In this document: piece after piece, positions 9,580-18,020 of the stretch
How positions within the stretch are numbered: the first letter of the stretch is position 1
Layout of the letters: every line of letters starts with the position of its first letter
Assembly (NCBI GenBank): GCA_041690295.1
Contig: JAWLHR010000002.1
Location: 160,001-224,000 of the forward strand
DNA: 64,000 nt
From: Bdellovibrionales bacterium
GTDB lineage: Bacteria; Bdellovibrionota; Bdellovibrionia; Bdellovibrionales; UBA1609
Direction: 5' to 3'
Made by a program: the position numbers and the translations under genes
The notes under the pieces: model-generated
Seen by the model: only the letters and a program-made list of their open reading frames with translations
Databases searched by the model: none
Told to the model about the DNA's origin: nothing

Positions 9580-10698
9580 TTATTGGGTATTGACATGAAT
9601 GATCAGGCGGCTGTTGCCCTGTTCGATTCCCGAGCGGCATCCGTCGCCACAGACGGGAATCACACCGCCGATGGGCGGGAGTACAGGAACCGGAGCCGGA
9701 GGCTCGGGTGGTTTAGGCATCGCACCAGTGCCTGGACCTGCGTCGGGCACATTGCACATCGTACAAGCCGATTCCGAAGCTGGAGCGTTGGCCGGTGAAC
9801 GACCACCTTCGCCTCCAGAAGAACCACCAGCACCACCGGCGCCGCCAGGACCACCGGTTCCGGCGGATTGACCTTCACCGCCGCCGCCACTGGAGCCCGT
9901 GCCTCCGCTTTCACCTTCGTTAGCGCCGCCGGTTCCCGCTTGCTTATCGGGAGCACCGGATTGTTCGTTCTTTGCTCCACCTTCCTCTTTCTTACCTGAA
10001 TCGTCTTGCGTGTTACTTGCGGTGTTCTGAGTGTTAGAGCCGCCGGTAGGCGCGTCGGCCTGAGTCTCCGAATCCAAGCTGTTCAACTGTTCTTTGGGTA
10101 CCGGAGCTGGAGGCGTGGGCGCCGAACCAGGCGAGTTGGTCGCGGACATACCGGGAGTCACAATGACCGGATTGGCGATGGTGCCGCCGGGGCCGGGCAA
10201 TCCGAATTCGACCTTACCGGAAAAGGTCACGACCTGACTTTGATTGTTCTGGAAGCCGACCATGAAGTCGGTTCCGCGCACGCCCGCCACCGCGGAGGGC
10301 GTCTTGATCTGGAACTTGCTGCTCTTCGTGCCGTCGTATTTTTGTTCCACTTTGGAACGCACTTTTCCGTAGATCACATTGAGAAGAACGTCTTTCTTGT
10401 TGGCTGACGGATTGTACTCGTAGTGCTGGATCTCAATTTGAGAATCGGGGGAAACGTTGATTTCGTTATTGTCGATCATAACGATTTTGGCGCGGGAGTC
10501 TTTGCCGGTGATCACGGTGTCTTTGGGAAAAACCTTGGCGCCGACGCGGGCTCGTGATTGCTGTCCGTTTTTGCCGGATTTAATCTGGACATCGCCCTTC
10601 ACAACCCGCAACACGCCATGCACGTTTTGCGCGTAAGCGTCGGGAATTGAGAAAGCGACAAAGAAAATCGCACAAACCCACGCGTAACATACGTTCAT
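9580..10698 (-). CDS. Secreted FecR-domain protein with a Gly/Pro-rich tail
   Basis: Signal peptide; DTVITGKDSRA...IKTPSAVAGVRGTDF...GKV FecR-like motifs; low-complexity tail. Confidence 0.85.
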   Translation of the reverse strand: MNVCYAWVCAIFFVAFSIPDAYAQNVHGVLRVVKGDVQIKSGKNGQQSRARVGAKVFPKDTVITGKDSRAKIVMIDNNEINVSPDSQIEIQHYEYNPSANKKDVLLNVIYGKVRSKVEQKYDGTKSSKFQIKTPSAVAGVRGTDFMVGFQNNQSQVVTFSGKVEFGLPGPGGTIANPVIVTPGMSATNSPGSAPTPPAPVPKEQLNSLDSETQADAPTGGSNTQNTASNTQDDSGKKEEGGAKNEQSGAPDKQAGTGGANEGESGGTGSSGGGGEGQSAGTGGPGGAGGAGGSSGGEGGRSPANAPASESACTMCNVPDAGPGTGAMPKPPEPPAPVPVLPPIGGVIPVCGDGCRSGIEQGNSRLIIHVNTQ

Positions 10699-10746
10699 AA
10701 TTTCACCCCGGTTTGGATTGTCCGCGCCAACAGCGGATCCATCTTC

Positions 10747-10786
10747 TTTTCGGAATATATTGAAGAAAGCTCAACAGTTGCGCCAA
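10747..10786 (-). promoter_or_regulatory. Candidate alternative-sigma promoter of the FecR-domain gene (sigma28-like and/or sigma54-like)
   Basis: Minus strand TGAGCTTT-N11-TCCGAAAA overlapping TTGGCGC-N5-TTGA; both are imperfect matches. Confidence 0.35.
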
Positions 10787-10802
10787 TTTGAGAACGAGTG
10801 TC

Positions 10803-11339
10803 TCAGTCCCGTAAAATGATCTCTTCCGCGACGGACAAGAGATTGGTGGAATGGACTTCCGGCGGAAGAAACGGGGAGTTTTCCGGGGATTCCATCGTTC
10901 CGACCAAAGCCGAGCGGCATCCCGCCCGGTGACCGGCCTCGACATCGGTCATACGATCACCGATCATCCAACTCCGCTTGAGATCCAAGTTATGCCACCT
11001 GGCCGCCTCGAGCAGCATTCCCGGATTCGGTTTTCGCATGGGATGATTGAAATCCGTCATGTAAGGCGCACTGTGAAAGGTGAGAAAATCAACGCCTTCA
11101 CTGCTGAATTTTTCGCGAATGCGGCGGTGAATTTCATCCAAGTTTCGCACGTCCACGATTCCGCGGGCTACGCCGGATTGATTGGTGGCCACGCAAAACA
11201 CGAAATTGTGATCGCGTAAAAGTCTGAGCGCTTCAAAAACTCCGGGTAGATATTCGATTTTGTCGGGTTCATTCAGATACACCATATCCACGATTAAGGT
11301 GCCGTCCCGATCCAACAAAATCGCTTTTTTTGCCGACAT
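10803..11339 (-). CDS. gmhB: D,D-heptose 1,7-bisphosphate phosphatase-like HAD-IIIA hydrolase
   Basis: LDRDGTL, TNQSG, RKPNPGML, MIGDRMTD motifs. Confidence 0.85.
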   Translation of the reverse strand: MSAKKAILLDRDGTLIVDMVYLNEPDKIEYLPGVFEALRLLRDHNFVFCVATNQSGVARGIVDVRNLDEIHRRIREKFSSEGVDFLTFHSAPYMTDFNHPMRKPNPGMLLEAARWHNLDLKRSWMIGDRMTDVEAGHRAGCRSALVGTMESPENSPFLPPEVHSTNLLSVAEEIILRD

Positions 11340-11348
11340 GAAGGCACC

Positions 11349-12332
11349 TTATCCGAGTTCTTCATCCTTTTTGAGCTTTGACACAAGGGCGCCCTTGGAC
11401 TTTGAGAGCGGATGATGTTTTTCGATTTTTTCCGCGAGTAAATCCAGACTGAGATGAGTGTACTTTTGGGTCGCGGCCAGTGATCGATGTCCAAGCAACT
11501 CCTGAATCACTCGCAGATCAGCGCCTGAAGTGAGCAGGTGAGTGGCATAGCTATGACGTAGAGCATGTGGATTCAACGGACGGAGTAGACCCGCGCGGGC
11601 GCCCGCGGCTCGCACCCAGCCATAGGCTTTGCGTGGCGAGAGTGGCTGATCGGTATCGGTGAGCACATAGGGCCCGCTCCGCGAAGATTCCAATTTCCTT
11701 AAAGCCTCCCAACAAAGCTCGGGAAGAGTCACCAATCGCTGCCGATCACCCTTACCGTGCACGAGAAGGGTTCGATTCGATGGTTTTAAATCAGACCACT
11801 TTAGCCGGCAGGCCTCGCTCACGCGCAGCCCACCGCCGTAAAGGAGCAGCACCAAGGCGGTGACCCGGGGCTCGTCGAGCGCTTTCAAAAGCGCCAGCGC
11901 TTCGTCGACGGAAATGAAGTGGGCCAATTGCTGCGGCCGTTTCGGTGAATGAATTTGGAGAGCCAGCGGTTCATCGATCCATTTCTTTTCATAGAGCCAT
12001 TTGAGAAAGCCGCTGACCACGGCCCACTTGCGATTTCGTGAGCTGGCTTTAAGATCGGCCCACCGGAATTTGGCTTTTTGCAGAAGGTCTTTTAACGATT
12101 TTTCATCCCACGTGGGGCAAATACTTTGATTTTCTTTCTCGATGATTTGGTAAGAAGTAACTGGGGTTACCGAGGTGTATAAAATCTTTTGTACCCCTAT
12201 TGGAGCCAGGAATTGAGCCAAATCATTGGCATAAGACTTGGATGTATGATCGCTTGCAGTCCGCTGTACACTTAAGTATTTCAGGTACTTAAGTGCAAGA
12301 ATGGCCAAATTTGGTCGCTCTTGAGGTGACAA
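11349..12332 (-). CDS. xerC: Tyrosine recombinase, XerC-like (start uncertain; ORF open to 12404)
   Basis: GLRVSE, GKG, HALRHSYATHLL, GADLRVIQELLGH, TQKYT catalytic motifs. Confidence 0.8.
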   Translation of the reverse strand: MSPQERPNLAILALKYLKYLSVQRTASDHTSKSYANDLAQFLAPIGVQKILYTSVTPVTSYQIIEKENQSICPTWDEKSLKDLLQKAKFRWADLKASSRNRKWAVVSGFLKWLYEKKWIDEPLALQIHSPKRPQQLAHFISVDEALALLKALDEPRVTALVLLLYGGGLRVSEACRLKWSDLKPSNRTLLVHGKGDRQRLVTLPELCWEALRKLESSRSGPYVLTDTDQPLSPRKAYGWVRAAGARAGLLRPLNPHALRHSYATHLLTSGADLRVIQELLGHRSLAATQKYTHLSLDLLAEKIEKHHPLSKSKGALVSKLKKDEELG

Positions 12333-12385
12333 TGTGGGGCGCTCCGAAAGGATTAAATTTCCTACATTTCCCTTGCAAAAAAGAC

Positions 12386-12414
12386 TTGCACAAACGCTCA
12401 GCATCTGTTAGAAC
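12386..12414 (+). promoter_or_regulatory. Candidate sigma70 promoter of the sigma54-activator gene
   Basis: TTGCAC-N17-TAGAAC. Confidence 0.3.
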
Positions 12415-12489
12415 ACCGTGTCGACTTAAGACGCGCTGAGTTGTAACGGCGGGGGGAGCTGAAGCAACACTTAGGAAGGGGTTGTACGT

Positions 12490-13575
12490 ATGTCGGGTAT
12501 GGATAAATCTTCTCACTTTCCCTCCGCTGGAACAGGTGAGAGCACTTCACTTCCCACCGCGAATCCATCCGCGGTCGCCTCGGGTTCAAATACCAATGTT
12601 AATGAGAATCGACGCATTGTCTACAAGTCCGAGGTCATGCGCCAGCTCATGCGCATGGTGGATCGTGTGGCTCCCAGTAACGCCACGGTCCTGATTTTGG
12701 GTGAAAGTGGAACAGGAAAAGAGCTGGTGGCGAACGCCATTCACGAGCGTTCCAATCGCCGGCATAAGCCGTTCGTCGCGATCAATTGCGGCGCTCTCCG
12801 CGAGACGCTTTTGGAGAGCGAGCTCTTCGGACACGAAAAAGGCGCTTTCACCGGCGCGTATTCGCGCAAAATCGGATTGGCTGAAGTGGCCAATGGCGGA
12901 ACTTTGTTCCTCGACGAGATCGGTGAGTTGAGCCCTGGCATTCAAGCCAAGTTGCTCCGCTTTCTGCAAGAAGGCGAAATCTATCGCGTGGGCGGCAAAG
13001 ATCCGATTCGCGTCGACATCCGCTTGATCAGCGCGACCAATAAAGAATTGGATAAAGAAGTTCTGCGCGGCAATTTCCGCGAGGACCTCTTCTACCGCAT
13101 CAACACCATCATGGTTCATTCACCTCCGCTCCGTCGCCGCAAGGAAGACATTCCGGCGTTGATCGAGCACTTCCTGAGCACGAACACCGCGGGTTTCTTG
13201 AACCGCGGCCGTCAGATGTCGGAAGAAGCGATGAAGATCATGATGAAATACGACTGGCCGGGCAACATCCGTGAACTGCAAAACGTTTGCGAGCGTTTGC
13301 AGATTCTCTCCGAAGGCCACGTGATCATGCCGGGTGATCTGCCGGATCATATTCGAAATCCCGATCACAAAGTGGTGATCGATGATTACGATCCGACGAT
13401 GACTCTGCACGAATTGGAAAAGCGCTACATCTTGAAGGCGCTCAATTACTTTGACGGCAACAAAACTCAAGCCGCCAACGCTTTGGGCATCACCATCAAG
13501 ACGCTTTACAATAAGCTTCACGAGTACGGCGAGTTCGAAAAGTACGCCGTTCACTCCAAGCCGGCCGTTAAATAA
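12490..13575 (+). CDS. Sigma54-dependent Fis-family activator (AAA+ plus HTH, no sensory domain)
   Basis: GESGTGKE, GAFTGA, FLDEIGE, WPGNIREL, C-terminal NKTQAANALGI HTH. Confidence 0.93.
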   Translation: MSGMDKSSHFPSAGTGESTSLPTANPSAVASGSNTNVNENRRIVYKSEVMRQLMRMVDRVAPSNATVLILGESGTGKELVANAIHERSNRRHKPFVAINCGALRETLLESELFGHEKGAFTGAYSRKIGLAEVANGGTLFLDEIGELSPGIQAKLLRFLQEGEIYRVGGKDPIRVDIRLISATNKELDKEVLRGNFREDLFYRINTIMVHSPPLRRRKEDIPALIEHFLSTNTAGFLNRGRQMSEEAMKIMMKYDWPGNIRELQNVCERLQILSEGHVIMPGDLPDHIRNPDHKVVIDDYDPTMTLHELEKRYILKALNYFDGNKTQAANALGITIKTLYNKLHEYGEFEKYAVHSKPAVK

Positions 13576-13605
13576 CAGCGGGTTTTAGAGCCTAAAAGAA
13601 CTTGG

Positions 13606-13640
13606 AACCCACTTCCGAATCGGAAGTGGGTTTTGTTTTT
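13606..13640 (+). terminator. Intrinsic terminator
   Basis: AACCCACTTCCG-aat-CGGAAGTGGGTT stem followed by a T-run, between convergent genes. Confidence 0.8.
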
Positions 13641-13672
13641 GCCCGGTAAGAAGCCAAAAAACTATTGGTGGA

Positions 13673-14482
13673 TCACGACAAAAATTCTTTCGGAATATCG
13701 CGATTCTTTCGGGCCACGATTCCGACGTAATAAATCGGTTGGCCGAGCGTGTTCAGACGGTGCTGATAACGCTTGAGCAGATCAACTTCGATGACATCTT
13801 GATCCATCATATTCGTGATCAATTTGGCGAAAGGACTTCCGGACGATCGCTTCATGAATTCATCGCGGATATTAAATGCCAACAATCCGCCCGTTTGCAG
13901 CAGATTAAAAACATTAAAAAACGCGAGAGGCGGAATATCGCCGAAGCCAAGCGCGGCAACGGTCGTCAATAGATTGATCTTGTACCCACGAAGAAACTCG
14001 ATGGTTTCCTGGCTGGGTGAGGTCAAATCTTCAACGAGATACTCGTCATAGACCCAAGGCCGGTCTCTCATGACGGCCATTTTGGCTTCGGGGAGTAAAT
14101 CGATTCCCACGATCTTTCGAATCCCTAAATTTTGCAGAGCCTCTCCCGACATGCCGTTGCCCGCGCCCACATCGATGGCGCGAATGCTCTCCGGCTTTAT
14201 TTCCCTTTCAACCATCACATCATTTAAGAAATTAGAAACTCGGTTAGGGGAATTGCAGCGCAGAGTGCGATAGAAAAGGGTTTCGTAAAGTCCGGGGACT
14301 TTATAAACATCGTGATAATCGTGAAAGCGGATTTTTTTCCACTGTGAATCGATCTGAACTTCGCACCACTCTTCATCCTGAGGCAATCCCTTGGGTGGGA
14401 ACCGGATGGGAAAAGGACCGTTTTTTATGATTTCCTGTAGCTGTGAAACTAAATCCGTGACCTCTGATTTGAATGGGCTCAC
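13673..14482 (-). CDS. Class I SAM-dependent methyltransferase
   Basis: IDVGAGNG motif I, VGID motif II, GGLLAF. Confidence 0.8.
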   Translation of the reverse strand: MSPFKSEVTDLVSQLQEIIKNGPFPIRFPPKGLPQDEEWCEVQIDSQWKKIRFHDYHDVYKVPGLYETLFYRTLRCNSPNRVSNFLNDVMVEREIKPESIRAIDVGAGNGMSGEALQNLGIRKIVGIDLLPEAKMAVMRDRPWVYDEYLVEDLTSPSQETIEFLRGYKINLLTTVAALGFGDIPPLAFFNVFNLLQTGGLLAFNIRDEFMKRSSGSPFAKLITNMMDQDVIEVDLLKRYQHRLNTLGQPIYYVGIVARKNRDIPKEFLS

Positions 14483-14515
14483 TACCGAGTGACTCCTTTG
14501 AACCTCGTTATTGAA

Positions 14516-14818
14516 TTAAGGAAACTCACACTTTTCGTTAACGCACATGCCTTGCATCGAGCGGCAGTCCGAGCGGAAGCGGCAGGATTCGCCGGTCAGT
14601 TTACATGTTCCGCTGACACAGGAATTTTGCGCCCGGCAATCGGCATCGAACTTACATTTAATAACAGGTATGGAAATGTCTTTCACTTCTTTCTTTCGAC
14701 TCTTCATCGTGTCGCTCGAATCGGCTTTTTTGGTTTGAGTCGCCGTCGGCGATTGAGTGCTGGTTGTACCGCAACTCAATAAACCCAATGCGAATGTGAT
14801 CAATATCAGAATTCGCAT
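14516..14818 (-). CDS. Small Cys-rich lipoprotein with two disulfide mini-repeats
   Basis: AGGAGG RBS, LLSC lipobox, repeats CKFDADC...CVSGTC and CRFRSDC...CVNEKC. Confidence 0.75.
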   Translation of the reverse strand: MRILILITFALGLLSCGTTSTQSPTATQTKKADSSDTMKSRKKEVKDISIPVIKCKFDADCRAQNSCVSGTCKLTGESCRFRSDCRSMQGMCVNEKCEFP

Positions 14819-14936
14819 AATTTCCTCCTTGATGTATCAAATCCGGAAAGAACAGAACCGTCGTAAACAATTTAATACTTTCGTCCGAAAAAGATGCAAG
14901 CAACCCGGCGTCGAAAGTTCGTTCTGGAGGCAGAGA

Positions 14937-15857
14937 GTGCGGCTCGGAAATCGGGGTAACGTCCTCATGATGGTTTTGATCGCGATACCGATTGCAGGGG
15001 TTCTTACGGCCGCCATCAGCACCATACTTCACCAGTATCAATCACAAGTCGCCTCATTAAGCCGAAAGCTGGAAGCGACTCAAGCTGAGATGTTCCTCAC
15101 CCAAGTGCTGGCCGATAGTGCTAAGTGCGCAGAGATCTTCAGCACGACCACAGTGAACCTTTCGGGACTTACGGTGGGCGTTCCAAGTTCACAGCCGGTT
15201 TCGATTCCGGAGTTAAAAACCGCCAATGGGATGTCTTATTTAAAATAAAACGCCGCCGTTAACGCGAGCTCCACTCTTAAAGTGAAGGCGATTGAGCTTG
15301 CGGATATCACGCTCTCCGGTCAGCCGAGTGAGTTCAAAGCCCTTCTCCGAGTTTCATGGGAGGATCCCTCTCAAGGTCAAATCCCCATCCAGCCGATTGT
15401 GTTTGAGCGGATTTTCCTAGTTAACGCGACTGATCCACCCAACGCCGCGAGAATCGCATCATGTGGGGGCGGTGGCGGCATAGCTCCTGGGGGCGGAATA
15501 ACCGCATGCCCGAGCGGCTGGACGATGATCGGGGATGCGGGTAAATGGGCGACGTTTTGTATCGAAACTGACCAGCGACCCTCCCGGCCTTGGAAGACGG
15601 CGGCATCCACGTGTAGCGGAATTAATGACCAGAATTTGGGCCGCGCCCATTTATGCTATTACAATGAATGGATAACCGCGTGTCTCCGAGGATCAGGCCT
15701 TTCAAGAATGACGAACGACTCTGAATGGGTCACCATGGTGGTGGATTTTCCCAATACGGGTGGAATCGATGGAATCACCGTAGGGCATGGAAGCTGTAGT
15801 TCCATGGGTTACACATACCATGGCAATAGTCGCGCTTTTCGCTGCTGCCTGCCTTGA
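14937..15857 (+). pseudogene. Prepilin-like protein with a C-terminal Cys-rich CLec/FGE-like domain, interrupted by one in-frame TAA (15246-15248)
   Basis: GGAGG then GTG start gives MRLGNRG-NVLMMVLIAIPIAGVL; ORFs 14757..15248 and 15282..15857 share a frame; C-terminal CPSGW..FCIE..HLC..EW..FRCC. Confidence 0.7.
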
Positions 15858-15860
15858 TCA

Positions 15861-16162
15861 CATGAAATCCTTCTTGATGTTTCAAATCCGAAAAGAACGG
15901 GAGCTTTCGAATATCACGTTGACCGGTCAGCCGAGTGAGTTCATAAGCCTACTCAGTGTCTCGTGGGAAAATCCATCCGAGGGTCAACTAGCCATCCGAC
16001 CGCTTGCGTTTTAGCGGATTTTCCTGCTCAATCCGGCTGATCCCCCAATGCCGCGCGAATCGCTGCGTGTAATGCCGGGTCGGGAGCCGCGGCTACAGGT
16101 GGCATAACTAGTTGCCCGAGTGGCTGGACAATGATGGGTGATTCGGGGAAATTTGCGGTGTT
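15861..16162 (+). pseudogene. Decayed, internally deleted tandem copy of the pilin-like locus
   Basis: 15861-15900 matches 14816-14855; 15901-16160 matches about 15294-15556; GAG>TAG at 16012-16014 and a frameshift near 16045. Confidence 0.8.
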
Positions 16163-16188
16163 GTCTCCGATGAAGGTCAGCCGTTAAC

Positions 16189-16220
16189 AAATAACCCCGC
16201 CTTGTGAGCGGGGTTATTTT
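16189..16220. terminator. Bidirectional intrinsic terminator
   Basis: AAATAACCCCGC-N7-GCGGGGTTATTT between convergent genes. Confidence 0.85.
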
Positions 16221-16248
16221 ATGTTCGAAATCAACTGATCAGACGAGC

Positions 16249-16734
16249 TTAGAAGTAACCTTCGTCGTCGTCATCATCCGAATCCAGATCGGTGTCGTCC
16301 TCATAGCTATCCTCGGGTTCACCGAAGGTTTCGTCCTCCAGTGACTCCATATCATCATCTCCGACCATGGTTTCACTCATGCCTTCGAAATCCATGGATT
16401 CTTCGTTCGTGCCGAAATCTTCATTGTAGGGATTCAGATCCGTCGTGCTACCCATAGTTCCAGCGCCAAATCCTGTCACCGCGGCTTCAGCCACCGGTGC
16501 TTTTTTCTTGGGTTCGGCTTTTTTTGTGGCTACTTTCTTGGGTGCCGCCTTCTTAGTTGCGGCCTTCTTTTTGGTGGTTTTTTTCTTGGCGCTCGCGCGT
16601 TTGGCGGTCGACTTGCGGGCGGCCGATTTTTTGGTTGCTTTCTTAGTGGCTTTTTTCGCGGTTTTCTTTTTCGCGGCCTTTTTCGTGGCGGACTTTTTGG
16701 TTGCTTTTTTCTTTTTCGATTTTGCCTTAGCCAT
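16249..16734 (-). CDS. Histone H1-like Lys/Ala-rich protein with an acidic C-terminal half
   Basis: N-half made of KKAT/KKAA repeats, C-half Asp/Glu-rich; GGGAG RBS. Confidence 0.75.
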   Translation of the reverse strand: MAKAKSKKKKATKKSATKKAAKKKTAKKATKKATKKSAARKSTAKRASAKKKTTKKKAATKKAAPKKVATKKAEPKKKAPVAEAAVTGFGAGTMGSTTDLNPYNEDFGTNEESMDFEGMSETMVGDDDMESLEDETFGEPEDSYEDDTDLDSDDDDDEGYF

Positions 16735-16856
16735 GAGAACTCCCGTTTTGAATTCGGTTAAAGCGTCATTACAAATTCGCTTTATGACCTTTTCAGTTAT
16801 GCCATGAATTCACGAGGAGTGAAGAAAAAAGCTTTTCTTGCAAAGCGTCAAAAAGG

Positions 16857-16884
16857 GAAACCCGGCTGAGAGGAGCCGGGTTTC
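16857..16884 (-). terminator. Flagellin terminator
   Basis: GAAACCCGGCT-N6-AGCCGGGTTTC followed by CCTTTT on the minus strand. Confidence 0.7.
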
Positions 16885-16928
16885 GAACGAACGAGATCGA
16901 GTGCAGTACACTCGACCTCAACGAATCA

Positions 16929-17762
16929 CTAACCGATGAGTTTCAGTGCCACGGAGTTGGACTGATTGGCCTGAGTCAACGCCGCGGTCGAAGCCTGCAA
17001 CATGATGGTGTTGCGGGTCAGTTCGGACGAAGCGTGGGCCATGTCCGTATCGCGGATACGGCTGTTGGCGGCGGACTGGTTCTCTTCGAAGACGCCCAAG
17101 TTTTGAACAGTCGAAACCAGGCGGTTCTGAAGGGCACCGAGGTTCGCACGCATTCCGTTGACTCTCTCTTGAGCGGCGTCGAGGAGGGCCATCGCTTCTT
17201 GCGCGCTTTCTTTTTGCGTGTAATCCAAACCTTCCAGGCCGAGCGCGTCCAAAGTGGCCACGTTAACCGACGAGTCGAACGAGATACGGTCTTCGAAGTC
17301 GTCGTTGTAAATACCAACTTGGAAGTCGAAAACGGGTGTCGAACCGTCTAATAGTTTGGTTTTACCCCAAGTCGTCACTGAAGCGATCCGCTGCATTTCA
17401 GACTTGAGCTGTTGGATTTCTTTGTCGATGAAGCCGCGCTCAACGTCGGAAACAGTGTCGGAAGAAGCCTGGATACCCAGTTCGCGCATACGTACGATGA
17501 TGTTTCCGATTTCGTTCAATCCACCTTCCGCGGTTTGCACCATCGAGATACCGTCGTTGGCGTTGCGGTTGGCTTGACGGGTCGAGCGGATCTGCGCTTT
17601 CAAGTTTTCACTGATCGCGAGTCCGGCGGCGTCGTCGGCGGCTTTATTGATTCGGGATCCTGAAGACAACTTAGCTAAGCTGTCCTGAATGTTTGATTGG
17701 CTGCCGAACAGATTTCTTTGAGCATTGACGGCAGCGATATTTGTCGAAATTCGCATTCCCAT
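16929..17762 (-). CDS. fliC: Flagellin (277 aa)
   Basis: MGMRISTN, LSSGSRINKAADDAAGLAISE, RANLGALQNRL, SRIRDTD; GGAGG RBS. Confidence 0.96.
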   Translation of the reverse strand: MGMRISTNIAAVNAQRNLFGSQSNIQDSLAKLSSGSRINKAADDAAGLAISENLKAQIRSTRQANRNANDGISMVQTAEGGLNEIGNIIVRMRELGIQASSDTVSDVERGFIDKEIQQLKSEMQRIASVTTWGKTKLLDGSTPVFDFQVGIYNDDFEDRISFDSSVNVATLDALGLEGLDYTQKESAQEAMALLDAAQERVNGMRANLGALQNRLVSTVQNLGVFEENQSAANSRIRDTDMAHASSELTRNTIMLQASTAALTQANQSNSVALKLIG

Positions 17763-18020
17763 TGTAATTTTCCTCCAAAATAAATTTCTTTTTCGATTTA
17801 CCTCCTTGTTCGTTGCTCTTCTCTGGAAGAGTGGCATCCCGCCAAAGTTTAAGGGTACGTATAAAACTTACCTCTCACTCAGTTTTCCTTGTACGACTTT
17901 GTCGTCCCTGATCCTCCTTTCACTCGTTATCCAGAGGTTCAATGCTCTCTGTTTATTCCATTCACTTTATTCTTTTCGTGAAGCCGGTAGGTGAATGTGT
18001 ACAACCGTCCTCACTCACGC
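17763..18020 (-). promoter_or_regulatory. Long flagellin leader with multiple GGA (CsrA-type) motifs
   Basis: About ten GGA motifs on the minus strand, including the hairpin TGGC-GGGAT-GCCA (17832-17844). Confidence 0.5.

Noticed and set aside
11349..12332. Phage or island integrase
   Set aside because: Motifs and size match housekeeping XerC/D; it is flanked by core genes with no att sites or phage genes
15294..16162. Diversity-generating retroelement (CLec-like target plus a nearby repeat)
   Set aside because: The differences between the copies are not adenine-specific, the repeat does not cover the C-terminal variable region, and no reverse transcriptase is present in the window
16445..16807. 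Hydrophobic Phe/Ala-rich 120-aa ORF resembling a membrane protein
   Set aside because: It is the antisense mirror of the Lys/Ala-repeat gene, which has an RBS and terminator
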